Of a DNA stretch of 64,000 nt, positions 39,511-52,660 are shown one piece after another. The DNA is taken from contig JAUZTB010000033.1 of NCBI GenBank assembly GCA_034780895.1, forward strand, positions 30,599,820 to 30,663,819, in the 5' to 3' direction. Every line of letters begins with the position of its first letter. The first letter of the stretch is position 1. The notes below the pieces were generated by a model. It had not been told where the DNA came from, did no database searches, and saw only the letters and a list, made by a program, of their open reading frames with translations. Origin of the DNA: Rhynchobatus australiae (lineage: Eukaryota). The translations under genes and the position numbers were made by a program.

Positions 39511-40909
39511 TGCATACAAGATACTGCCAGCAGCAAAATAACAATTAGCTGCCATTTAATACATAACTGTCTCACCTAAATAAATTATTTGAGTGTTATC
39601 TAAGAGCCAAGAATATTAACAGCAAAATAATGCAATATTCAGAAGCTAATTACCGTAAACTACTTCTCAGTATTTTAAAATGCAGGCATTTTCTGAACAA
39701 CAACCAATTACTTTATTGTCTTTAATATTTGGTGTTGAGGTTGGGGTGTCTCGAAATCCTGAACACAAATCATGATAAGCCACTTCACTAACCTGAGTGA
39801 AATATAACTATTGGTGCTCAAAGGCCCATTCCTCATCTCAGGGGAAAGGGGAGGCCTTTGGAGAAGAGAAAATCCATACATGTCATGGTTTTCTGAACAA
39901 CGGCTAACTCTTAAGGCAGATAGAGTCTCATTATATAATGTTGTGCTGCATGTTAATACTTAGATCATAGAAATGCCATCACTTCCCAGGAAACAAAAGT
40001 TAATAAAGTTATTTAAAGTCTTCCTCTTCTCTCCCAGTGAAGGACATTAGTGTAGGACACTGTCACATGCAGCAGCTGTTTATTATATTGCCAATGCAGA
40101 AGTCATTTGGATTTTACAGAGAACCATTGTGTTTTCACCACACACCAGTTTATTCCAGGGCAGCTTGCAGCTGGCTAGGAGAATAAAGAATTGAGCAACA
40201 GTTATATATGAGCAGCAGGCAAGGCAGCCAGCTCTCATAAAAGCAGGAACCATTGCAGCATCCTAGAACCTCTTTCAAAAATCTAAGAGTTTTCACTCTC
40301 AGTCCGTCTGTTTAAAATGAACAAAGCGAAATTCCTATGCAATGCTTTAAAAAAATACTTCAATGATTCAAGCCTTGGAAAAATGATCTGTCCATCAACA
40401 CATTTTGTAGTTTTGCCAGCACTACTGTGTGATCATTTATTCATTTAAAAATATTATTGACTTTCCACATCTTTCTTCTTCTCTATTATAGATTGAATTT
40501 TTTATTTTGTCATTTCTTAATACATTCTGACTTCACACCATTATTATATGCATTCTTGTAATTATCTGTTTAGGACTGAACTATATTTTGAAACACTGTG
40601 AATGCCACTTGTGGTCCACGTAAAATTAAATGTTTAAAAACACATCTAAACCCAGATGTATAGCTAACATATTGTCTGTTACACCTAGTAGACCCTGCTG
40701 CCACATAACAAGTGGACAGATATGACAACACTTTGTTCTAATCAAATCACAGCAAAATCATGCAGGTTTTCCTCCTTGCACCTATTCTTATTAATACATA
40801 GTAGANNNNNNNNNNNNAAATTCTCAGTTCAGCTTTCAGGAGTCGGCCATGTATCAGCTAGTAGCAGTTCTTCAGAGATCTGTGGGATCAAATTCCACTC
40901 CATAGATTT

Positions 40910-41270
40910 GAATATAAAAATACAAATTGGCATCACACTGCAGTAATGAGGAAGTGCTATTTTATTAGAGGTGCTTTAAAATGAGTTGTTAACCTGAGGT
41001 ACCAATCACTTATTTAGGTGCATACGAAGATTATGTGGCATTATTTTAAAGGAGTGACTTGGTCAATAGTAACCTTTCGATTGATACTTTCAAAACAGAT
41101 AATCTGGTTATTATTATATCTTTGCTTGTGGAAGTTTGTCGTATGCAGATTAATGACTGTATTTTTTTAAAATATTACAACTGTGACCATTTTTCAAAAG
41201 TATCTCATTTGCTGTTAAGTGCTTTACCACATCCTGGAAAAAGAATATGAAGTCCACAATACAGAAACAA
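40910..41270 (+). mobile_element. Deu-domain SINE
   Basis: cactgcagtaatgaggaagtgct...aaaacagataatctggttattatt...gcagatt...tattacaactgtgacc. Confidence 0.7.
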
Positions 41271-41834
41271 CCTTTTACCTTTTCAGTCTTTACTCATCCC
41301 TGTAATTATGGCAAGGAATTTTGGTGGGTAGTTCCAGTGAAACAAAGGTACAACGGTTATTTTTAATTTGCACACCTTCTAACTTATCAACTGACAAAGT
41401 GACTCTCAATATTTCTTAGCACTTCAGTTACTCTGATAGATTGATCACATGTTAAAGACCAGACTCCTAAATGACATACACAGGAATGGTGATTCATGTT
41501 GGTTCGCTATTCATAGCACATACTTGCTTATTACGGCACATAGTCCCACAGTAACCATTAGAGATATTGGAAGTTCATTAACATTATAAACTTTTGTCAG
41601 GTGTGCAATAGTAACCTACCTGAAAAGGAAAATCCATTTCACTTTACCTATCAGATCCATAGATGCACCACTGACGGTAACACCTGCATTAGTTTGTAAT
41701 ACAGTGTTACCCTGATGAAGAAGCAAAATCATTTTTATATCCATGTAATCCTTTGACAAACTACATTTGGCTTAGAATTTTAAAAGTAACTTGCTTATCT
41801 CCTGAACGAAACATAATTGGGGAGAAAATACAAA

Positions 41835-42242
41835 AGGCAAAATAACTTGTATTTATAAAACTCAGGACAATTTCACCCTAGTTAACAGCAAATGAATCCT
41901 TTTGAGGGTGGTAACTATTGCAAAATGTGACAGCCAATTTATCTGTAGCCTCTAAGAACAGAAAGACAAAAATGACCAGATTATTTGTTTTAATAATGTT
42001 TACTGAGGAATAAATATTGGCTAGAATACCTGGGGATATAGTTCCTCTGATCTTCATAGTATTGCCACCAGAGCCTTGGTTTAATATCTTATCTGAAGGA
42101 TGGCACCTCTGACAATGCAGAGCTCCCTCATAAGTGTATTGAGTGTCAGCAGTTTTTTTTTTAATTTTAGCACTTGTAGTGGCACTTAATCCTGAAACCT
42201 TCCACAGAGAAACAAGAATGCTTCCAATTGTCACAGCTGACT
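41835..42242 (-). mobile_element. Deu-domain SINE
   Basis: cagccaattt...aatgaccagattatttgtttt...aaatattggctag...tctgaaggatggcacctctgacaatgcagagctccctca. Confidence 0.8.
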
Positions 42243-42391
42243 CCTTAAAATTGGGCAGGATTTTATCCTTTAAACTATATACAGTGATTGTTGATGTTTT
42301 TTCCCTAATCCCTAACTTTGATAGAATCCTGCTCTGGTCTCCTTTGGTTTGACTCACCAACTTTCCTCTCAGCTCATTTATTTTCCTGCAG

Positions 42392-42451
42392 AGTGCCATT
42401 GCCATCTCGTTAACAGAATTTCACTGGAGGCCCCACTTAATCCAGCACAAG
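42392..42451 (+). other. Candidate 60-nt plus-strand exon (antisense transcript or cryptic exon)
   Basis: ctttcctctcagctcatttattttcctgcag|AGTGCC...CACAAG|gtaagc; two of three frames open. Confidence 0.3.
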
Positions 42452-44849
42452 GTAAGCAACAAGAAGGAAATTCCAACAGGGGAACGGCAAAAATTATAAA
42501 GCACTCAAGATGATGGCCAAGATAGGGCTGGCTGAGAGTGTGGCTCATAGAGATGGGCAGATGCAAACCCCACACACAAAGTGCTTTTCTCCAACAAGTG
42601 TTTGAGGAGATGCTTCAATAATTTCTGGATTTCTGGGAAACCTGGGAAGTTTTGACAACCCTTCTCCTATCCTGCCTCTATCACCGAGCAGTGCTCTGCT
42701 GAATTCACCTGCGTTAGGGTACAGAAAATTTGGAGTTTTTAGGCTGGATGGTGATGACATGGATGAATGAAATAAACAGGACAGGGAAGAGGTAAAAAAA
42801 ATAAAATGGCAACAAAGAGCATCTTAAAAAAAGACTCCCTTAACCTTTTTGAACAATGAATTGAAAGCCCTTTTTGGATGAATCCACCTGGAAATGCTGA
42901 GATATTTGTTTCCTTATGAGCTAGCACCTTTCATTTAGCCGATAATCACAGAGGACAAAGTATTGTTGTAAAAGGCAGTGATCTTTGGTGTCCATGGAGT
43001 CTACCGTGACCTTTCATCTCTGTTATCCCCAGAGGTCTCCTCTAACAGCTTTAAAACTCCATCCTGCTAGGCTGAATTCCAATTTGTCATAAAGCCCTTT
43101 CCTCTCAAAACAAAACCAATTTCTGCACCAAGGTGGGAGAGAAACACAGTGCATTGTTCTGTGTAGATGGAAAGTGGGAGTTACCACAGCAACTGGCCTA
43201 ATCCCCTCTTTTTACCACCTTTTAGCCAGCCAATCATGTACGCTACCTTTTAAATTATGTGCTTGAATACCAGTGGCCTATCTGGATGCTTTAATTAGCT
43301 GTGATTTTTTTGTGTGTAACACATACAACATGATGGGCTAAACGAAATTTGCAAAATAATGACGTACCTCCACAAAATATTCCTCCTCCCGAGGCCCAGT
43401 CTAAGGAGAGAAAAAAAACAATAATGAGACCATTATTAAAAGCGGGCATTAAAATGCTGGTCTACCATTAAACACAGAACATAATTGTTCTGGCCTTGTC
43501 CACACAATCAACAACCTATTGTTTAATAGTTGAAAAAATAAACGACTGGAGAATGGGTGCCATAATGATAAGTCTGTACTGCCATACACGCACCATCCAG
43601 AACTGTCCACAGGGGCTATTACAGAATCTCTTGACAGTCACTTTTTGTCAGAAAAGGTAATTTAAACAGCAGTGCCTCGGAGCTGCTAAAACAAGCCTTT
43701 GTTTGCTGCTTTATAATTGTTCAGAAACAGCTAATAGAGAAGAATAAAAGTAAAACCAGGGAAAGGGAATCAGAGAAAAAAAGGGCAGTGGGTAGCAAGA
43801 CATTTTTGCATTGTGGTACTTTCAATAGGATATGCTGCATATTCCCACCGTTGATGACACTCTTTTTAATATAGAGAACCAGGGCGACAGAGAACAGGCA
43901 GATTCTGAGACCCAGATTTTTATGCTTTGTGATGTGTTGGATCTCCTCATGCAACTAAATACATGGGCTATATTACCTTCCTTTTAGTTATGGGAGTTTA
44001 AATTTCCATTAAGCCTTGATTGAAGAGAGCAGAATATAAGTGAAACAGAAGAAAGCAATGCACAGATGTCACCAATCTCTGCTTGAGAATCATTCCCCAG
44101 AACTATTAATTACTGTTTACGATGCTAAGATAGAGGCAGAAGAAAAGGGGTACAGTGAGGGAACGAGGGAACAAAAGATAGAGGCAGAAAGTATTAAACG
44201 GACTTCTTGTTGTCATGAGCCACAACATGCTTCATTTATCTTCATCTGGTTAAGCAAAATTAATTAAGAATCTGACTGTTACACACTTTCCCTTTTTATT
44301 ACATCAAATAATGTCAGATATCTTGTGGGGAATGAGAGAAGTATAAAACGTCTTGCTGCCGAGATTTATTCAGCATCTACCTGAAAAACAGATATCCTGT
44401 CTTAAATATTTTTACACCATATATGTAAACATGACAGCTAAGACAAGGTTTGCACTTTTCCATATTAATAAAAAGTGAGTATTCAAATTAATTGCTATTC
44501 TCCACGATATTTAATTACAATTAATAAGCGGTAGAAATGAGGTTTTGCATTTAGAGTATCACTCAAGTACATACAAGACCAATGCTCATTTTTAAAAGAG
44601 CACCCCTTCTGCCACTGCCCCTTCCCACTCCCAAATGTCAAGGGTGTGATACATTTACATTGGCCTCAGTAGCCTCATACAGTTGCTCTTCATGATGAAT
44701 GCCTAGTGCATANNNNNNNNNNNNNNNNNNNNNNNNNNNNNNNNNNNNNNNNNNNNNNNNNNNNNNNNNNNNNNNNNNNNNNNNNNNNNNNNNNNNNNNN
44801 NNNNNNNNNNNNATAAGCAGAAGCTATTTGAGTGTAGAAAGGCACCACA

Positions 44850-45080
44850 GTAAAACTCAATCTTCTCCCAAAATCAGCACCTGCATACCTATCCAGTAAA
44901 GGTCAACGGTTAGCAATCAGAAGTAGGAATATTGGCCAATTTTCTTCCTTCCCTCACATGGTGAGGCAGACACTGTTCCACCATTCCCATTGCTCTCCCA
45001 GCTAATTAACCTTGTAATTACATTTCCAGTACAGAAATCCAGAATTACCATGCGGTTATCAATATATTCACCTATGATAA
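44850..45080 (-). mobile_element. Old SINE-like repeat, same family as 17.4 kb
   Basis: tagcaatcagaagtaggaatattggccaattttcttccttccct. Confidence 0.5.
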
Positions 45081-47942
45081 AGTATATTCCACACACATGC
45101 CTAATTTTCCCTCAGAGCATATTTGATAAATAAGACAAAAACAAATAGCTCTGGAAAACTGAGTTTATCAGTGCTCTTTCTCTGTCAAGCATGAATGTGC
45201 ACTTAAAAAAAATGCTCAAAAGGCCAACATTTCCTTCCAGTTGAAGATGTTGCACAAATTAAAACCATGAGATCTGCTTTATTGACAGAATTCTTATTTA
45301 ACATGTTGCTTCAACTTTCTTAAAGTGATGGAAGTGAAACATTGGAATACTTGACATGCAGGCTAACCAAGGGGAGATTGTCCCATTCTATTGTCGGGTG
45401 AGATGCTTCAGCTCGTAATGCACATAATTCTTTTTAAAGCATTTTCTTATGTGCAACACTACTTCTATTGCATAAACACTAGGAACCTGAAATTCCAGCT
45501 AAGATCAATGATGAAGAGTCTGCAAGTCCAAAGCCAGTTCTGCTGTGAGTCCATCCTGGAATTTGTTTTTAGCTTGCAGTTATTTCTGGCAGGAGGTGGG
45601 AGATGCCATGGATGGATTTTCTGCTGGCTTCTCCTACATCAGCTGGCATCAGAAGTTCTCAGATTTAGCCCACAAACTTTACACTGTCATTGGGCATCAG
45701 CAGAGCTTATGCCAACTAAAAGCTGGAGTGTGTCCTATCGACAAGGAAAGCACATCACCACAAACAAAATAATATTGAATTGTGATTCCTGTTGTAACAT
45801 GGAACACAGAACACTTAACTAGATAAATAAGGTCTCACATACATCAATGGGTTAATGGCCATATAAGCTAGATTATGGAGGTACTTGAGATGTAGATATT
45901 GACCAGTTCATTGGTGTGAACACCCCAGATCATCTTTAAAATCCTATCACTGGATTTTTTGGTCATCTAATACGGCAGAAGACCACTCCATTAATGACTT
46001 TTTGTAAAGATTGTATGAGATTTGAGTGTCCCATAAAAGCCTAGGCGACCTTCATGAAGCCTTTACATCACTTACTTGCTGTCAACTAGCAACCTCTTAG
46101 CTGTGTAATTTTTTTCTCTTGCTTCACACTATACTTTTACTTGATGCAGGTATGAAATTGCACAGCAGGATTTAAATGAGGCCAGAGCATCGAAACGTTC
46201 TGGCCTTCGTTCTGGAACACAGAGCCACTTTTAACCCATATTGCTACAGATCACAGTAGCATCTTTCAAGGATTAAGACAGTATTCCTGGGTTCAGTTAC
46301 ACATTGTTTGCAGAATCACCACGAGTTGAAGATAAAAAGGAGAGAAACTATTCCATTACCTCTTGGGGCAGGCATTTTTTTGATAGGTTGAATGATTTAA
46401 TTAAGAAGAAAATTAAACATGAAAGAAAAGGGTGGATGGAAAGCAAGCTCAGGGAATCAGATCTGGGTAGACCTTTCTGTTTCAGAATCTGTCAATATTT
46501 CAGCAGAGTCTTCAACAAAGTGATAATATTTTCAGGGGATGTCTAAGAGAAGGCTAATATTTTTGGTGAATTCTCAATGTCCAGAAAGAGCCCCTGAGGG
46601 TATGTTAAGATTTTAAAGTTCTTCTGGAAAAATATTTAATTTTAACAGGAATGGAAGCACTATTTTCAAAAATCACTCAGGAGTGCATCAGAGTTAACAG
46701 ATGGGCCCAGAAGTTTGTTGCTGGTTACAAGGTTTCTCTCAGAATGAACTAATATTACAGGGTTTCTTGTCAATGTGGCAATCTTATTACAAAGGTCATC
46801 CAGAAAGAAAGGTTGAAAAACACTGCTTTAAAGATTCCAAAGTATTATCATTGTTAAATGCATTCAGACTATTCTCCTTGAATTAAATACATAAAACATA
46901 TTGGATTTTTTTTCAATAAGACAACCATTTTCTGTTGCTACTGAACCAAAGATATTTGATTACAAATATTGCAGCAGTGTTTAAGGGTGTAGCTTATTGC
47001 ATATTTTCACAGATATTGGTCTTCTTTGATTATAGTTCACGACAATCTGAAATTATTGTGTTGTAATCTCATAACAATGTACAACCAAATTTATTTAATA
47101 ACCATATGCAGGGCAACAAACAACAAAGATAAGTGAAATAGCTATTCTTTTAACTATATTTTATGCAGTGCTAGTCAGAGTCTTTTGCATGCTATAAATT
47201 AACAGCCAAACAAGTGGACACAAAGAAAAAAATAATGAAATGAAATCTCGGTTTCATCTAGGTCCAATCAACCAGTCTTTCCCACTCCAATCGTAGCCAT
47301 GTGTGTGAGATCCTTTTGCTGGCATTTCTCATTTAATTAAAGCAGACATTGACAGAAGGACATGGATTAGGCCTGTAATGATGCATTTACTTAGATTAAA
47401 CGGAGTCTCCTTTTGGAGTAATAGCTCAAACAAAGAACAAAAGGAAATTGTTATGAAACAGCCTTTTATCCCAGGCAAAGGTCACATTGTAAGGTTTTTA
47501 ATTTTGTCAGCCTCTGTTAATCTGGTGTACACTGATGGAACACGAGAAGCACATTTCAAAGCCAGTTATCATAATACAGCCATTAAACCTGCAAATTAAA
47601 ATGTCTGATTTTACACAGGTTGCTTAGTTTCAAAACCTCTAATTAGCATGTGGTGCGGATTTTTTTGTGAGGAAGAGGGGCTGAGGGAAATGCTAATGAC
47701 TTGCTGCCAGGTGACCATTACGCTGTGTGTTAAAAAGGGAAACCTCTAAACCAAGATACATGCTTAATCCACTCATTTCTGCCCTTTATTTTCCTTCCTT
47801 ATTCATATATACCAACATTTAGGAGCCCTCAAAAAAGTGATGGTGGCAGAGAGGAGAGACCAGGCAGAATCAAGGTGGGGTAAGGAGTCATATTAACAAA
47901 AACAGATGGGAGTCTTAATGAGGCAAAACTTGGGTGCATTAC

Positions 47943-47974
47943 AGGGAAAGAGGGAAAGAGGGAAAGAGGGAAAG
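47943..47974 (+). repeat. (AGGGAAAG)4 tandem repeat
   Basis: Directly visible. Confidence 0.95.
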
Positions 47975-48389
47975 AAGACGACCAGCATAGGCCAGATGAC
48001 AAGGATTAGACTGGTGAGGTTGAAAAGAAGCAGCCTTGGGAGATTTTGTTCACTGGGCAACACTGTAGCAGAGGAGAATTGACAGGCTGGGGGTTGTGTT
48101 GGAGACAGGGATGCATTTCCAGCTGCGGTGAGGATCTTGGACAGGATTGAGAAGAAACAGGGTCAAGATGAAGGATTAAGCAAATGAAAGTTGCAATGGA
48201 TAGAAAGAGAGAAAACTGGCAAGTTAGAGGTGGGCTAAGGAAGAACACAATTGAAAAATAGAGAAATGCAATTGGCTCAGTAAAGCTGACAAGGTTTATT
48301 ATAGACAGTAGCACTGAAGTGGATCAATAAATACCCTTCTTTAAGCAAAAACCATTCATTAAAGCAATTTAACCCAAGTCAGATGACGC

Positions 48390-50870
48390 TTGAGTGAAAT
48401 TGTGCCCATTGGAAAATGGACTAGGTACTTCCATGCACAATTCCCATTAGAAAGTCTAACAATTTTCCAGTCTCAGGCGCATACCCAGTGACATCAATAG
48501 TTGCACAATGGACATTTCCACCCCTACTGACATAAATAGGAGTTTCAGGGTATAACATATGACTTTCACTGAACATTTAGCATACAGCTGGGAACACATC
48601 ACCTGACTGGTTACATGTTTCCTATTTTAAGGGGCATGGCTAACGTCAGGACACTTGACAGGATAGCATCNNNNNNNNNNNNNNNCTGCTCAGTCACCTA
48701 TCAATGTTCAGAGTGTGCATAATCTAATGGGAAATGCTTTTTATAGCATTTAGCTGCCAAGACATTCATTCAGTGGTGACACTGCCAGCAGCAGTCCATT
48801 GTTAGAGCTTTGTGATGGCAAGATTTGGCCACTCAGGACAGCTCTTGGATTTTGGGGCATGGGGCAAAATCAAGTCCATCAGTGAAGTGCCTACTCCCAG
48901 TGACATTACATCCTACCTTCACCTCACATATGAACAATGCATTTGCAGTCTCAGTTTTCCATTCTGCAGAAGGACATTTGACTATACTCTCGTCTTTGGA
49001 CTGGTCTCTCAGTGGAGGTCAAGGTCAAGGTCAACGACTGGGATTTGCCAAAACTTCCGGCTTACTGTGAGTGCAGGCAGCATTTATTTGCTCATAAGAG
49101 CTCTCAATAATAGAGACACAAGTGACTACAGATGCAGGAATCTGGAGCAACAATCAATCTGTGGGAGGAACTCAGTGGGTTGAGCAGCATCTGTGCGAGG
49201 AAAGGATTTGTCAATGTTTCAGGTTGAAACCCAACATCAGGATGAATACAGGGTTTCAATCCCAAATGCCGACAATTCATTTCCTCCCACATAAGCTGCT
49301 CAACCCGCTGAGTTGTCCCAATGGATTGTAGCTCTCACTAACACCTGGACCCTTTACTCAACAGGAAATCTTCCACTCCCTCAATCTTAAACTGGTTGAG
49401 GATCGCCCAAAGGATATTCCTGATAGACCACGACATGTTTCTGGGAAGCACATTAGTGTTCATCTTCACGGAGACTGAGTGGCAAGGCATTTTCTGCAGA
49501 CAGCACCATTCAGAAGGTTGACCTCACCTGGGGGGTGGAGGGGGGTGGTGGCAGGGTGGGTGAGATCTACCCTCTTCTTCCCTGGCTCCTGACAACAATT
49601 CACAGTCCTACCACAGCTGTGGAGTGCTGCTGCAGGACATAGAAGTTCAAGGACCATTGTGGGAAGTGTCATAGGTCTACTGAAAGTAATATTCTGGTTC
49701 CTGCATCAGTCTGGGGTGCCCTGTAGAACATACACATCTGGTGTGGAGACATCATCATTGTTTACTGTTTGCTGCAATCTGAAGACTGCCATCAGTGCTG
49801 GACAAAGATCATCAAGTGGGCCCAGACTGCAGTGAAAACAGCTTAAATTTATCACCAGTACCACTGTGTAAACTTCTTACTGATATGGCATTTCACACAT
49901 ATAGCTTTCAGCCATTTTCTTGCAAGTACACTGTACCAGCTGGTGCTGGTTTACTTTCCCTTCTGTCCAGAGCCAGAGGGAGATGAGGTGCAGGCTAGGA
50001 CCAGCAGGAGCTAGAGGAGCTCAAGGATAAAGGAAGGCTATTGGGAAAATCCCAGCAGAACACCACATGTCTCATCTCCCAACAGACCAAAGGACAAATA
50101 TATTTACTGCCTTGACAGTAATGCTCTCTCTTACATAGGGATGTTATTAATAAGGACACTGTCAAACATAGCTTTGTATCCAATGTGAACCTCTCCACAA
50201 TCAAGTTCTTAACACCATTGCAGTTCACCAATAATAAGCTGAGAGAACCCAGATGATGCAGAATAAGCTTTACATCTGTTTAGCACTAACACCTGCACAG
50301 ATCAGAACAGATCAACAAATGAATCCCTGATCCATTTACTGAAATGGCTCATTATATCTGTTGTCAGTGTTGTGCAGATCACCCTGGCATATCTTGTGAG
50401 GACATGAAATTTATTTTTACACTGCTCAAATGAGAACAGATTCTCACATCTGGAGGAGACATCTGGAGCCACCTCCTGCCAGCATCTTCCTATGTGACCC
50501 TCCTGGCATTTGACTCACCAATGACAATGCCAGGTCTCTCTCAGTGAATCTCAGAGCCCTCTCCCTTCTCCCCTACAGTCTCTCTCTCTCTCTCTCTCTA
50601 TGGCAGCAAAATCATGTATCTGTTCAGTTTGCCATCAGAGTGTGCCTTTAAAGGCTGATGACCTTCTAGGATTGATGCAGAGCAAATTGTCAGAAGCCAT
50701 ACCCGATTGAACTTGATCCCATTGAGAACTTTGAGGTCCTATTTTAACACATCAGTCTGGGTGTAAACCATTCTTTGTGCTTTTTCCAATATATTTTGGC
50801 CAATTTCATGATTTTTGGCAGATTCGGCTTTAGTATATGTAAAATGGGACAAAATCCAATTTCCAGGCAC
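48390..50870. mobile_element. Fossil PIF/Harbinger transposon with convergent nuclease (+) and Myb/SANT (-) genes
   Basis: Plus strand about 48.8-49.8 kb: GFAKTSGLL*VQAAFIC, NRK.FHSLNLKLV, RTIVGSVIGLLKVIF and IIIVYCLL, decayed HARBI1/DDE_Tnp_4 motifs in the expected order. Minus strand 50380-50572: RRERALRFTE and WQEVAPDVSSRCENLFSFEQCKNKFHVLTRYAR (Myb/SANT-like). Termini uncertain. Confidence 0.75.
49107..49337. mobile_element. Short inverted Penelope-derived element inserted in the Harbinger nuclease
   Basis: ggaggaactcagtgggttgagcagcatctgtg is mirrored by cacataagctgctcaacccgctgagtt; agctctca flanks it at 49099-49106 and 49330-49337. Confidence 0.8.
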
Positions 50871-52603
50871 ATTATTACTATATTAAATGTGCAGTTATTT
50901 AATACATTGTGGTCCCCTTTTCCTTATTTTAACGATAAATAAATATCTATGAACACCATCCCTCCAGCATTACAGTATTAGGGAGCACCAGAGTATGAAT
51001 AGCCATCCTGTGGAGGTCTATTTCCTGGTCTGTGCTCTGTCAATTGACCTCAATATGATTATTTGTATGAGTACTAAATTGGCTTTGCTTTCCTCTGTTA
51101 AGGCAGCACTAACTAGCCATGATTCCCACTGCCAGCCTCTGTAAAGTATAAAAGAGTACACACAAGGTGACACAACATTCATACATTGAACTTGATTACA
51201 ATAAGACCCAAATAGTTGAACAACCTGCTTACAGACTATCTCTGGGTTTAATGAGAAGAAGTTCCCAGTACCAAAGAAACTTTACACCATCATTCAATCA
51301 GAACCTCTCAGAGAAATTAGAGAAAGCGGTGGAAATACATAAATTATAAAGAAAGCAGGAAGTGTTAAACTCTAAACACGTTACATGTCATGCTCTTAAA
51401 GTGAAAGACAGACCTTTCATGGCCACAGAGAATAATTAAGTTATTCAGATTTTAATTGGGTTTGTCCAAGAAACTTTGTAGGTTATAATATGCTTCTCAG
51501 TTTCAGGCTACATGCGAGAAGCACACATCAGAAGCATCTTGTTTTGCAAGATAATTCTGCATCTGTAATATCCTATGACATCTGGAGGGTGACGTCTGGT
51601 GTGTGGTATCCATATTGCATTGCCATTTCAATGCACTACTAGTGGATCGCCTATGTTATTGCTTGTAGGTAGGTACTATGTAATGGGAACCATTTTATTC
51701 TGTGCATATATCATTCTGATAAAATATAGCCTTTCTTTCTTTAAGGTGACCTTGGTTGTTTATCGTTATTGGGTAAGCACATACTCAGATCATTTAGAGT
51801 TTAACTGTTGTTTGGTTAGGGTATTTGTTAATTGTAAAGTGCCTATTAGTTTTGGACCTGGAGTAGAAGTGCCCAGCATTCAGTGGCTGGTGTATTTTCC
51901 TTTTCTTTTGATTGTTTTGTATATGTAATAGTGCGTGACACCTGNNNNNNNNNNNNNNNNNNNNNNNNNNNNNNNNNNNNNNNNNNCCTGTGGTATTGGT
52001 CATGGTAACTTGAATTATACACTATTTAAAATGACAGTAGTATTATACATGTCACACGCAATGTACTCTGATATATTTTTGGTTGGTTTGTCCTTTTGAG
52101 AGTTGCACTTTCAGTTATTGTTATGGCTGCTTTTGACCAATGTCACCAGTCATTCTGACTATAGTGCAGGCAAGAAACCAAAATTTGCAGCCTCAAGAAG
52201 TGTCACTTTTTCTGCAACACAAATGTTTCCTCACCATCCAACAAACAACCTTGGATCAGAACTCACCCATAAGAACTGATGGCTGCCATTCCACATCGCA
52301 TCAATCTGCTATAATCATTGGCTTTGGGATTTTTTTCATACATACACCAAAGAAGTAGTTAGATGCCCGAATCTTTGAAACTGATTGGAAATTTATATAT
52401 ACAAAATCAACATGTGCTCAAAGATGTAACAGTAAAGCTCAAAGTAAATTCTATTCTATGTCAATATACATAGGGGACACTGAACAGCCCACAATCCCCT
52501 CCATCACCTCCTCCACCCACTTGTCCTGCACACTGGCACCATTCTATTTCATCTTCTATCACCAGCAACAAATGTAAATAAAAGAAATTGGCCAGTGCTC
52601 TAC

Positions 52604-52660
52604 GGTAAAGGTTAATTACACATTGGTAAAGGTTAATTACACAACGGTAAAGGTTAATTA
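52604..52660 (+). repeat. 21-bp tandem repeat (ggtaaaggttaattacacaWY), about 2.7 copies
   Basis: Directly visible. Confidence 0.95.

Noticed and set aside
41878-42405. 175-aa minus-strand ORF
   Set aside because: Mostly overlaps a Deu-SINE and has no recognisable domain.
51570-52010. Possible solo LTR
   Set aside because: No clear TG...CA ends or target-site duplication, and it is interrupted by a gap.
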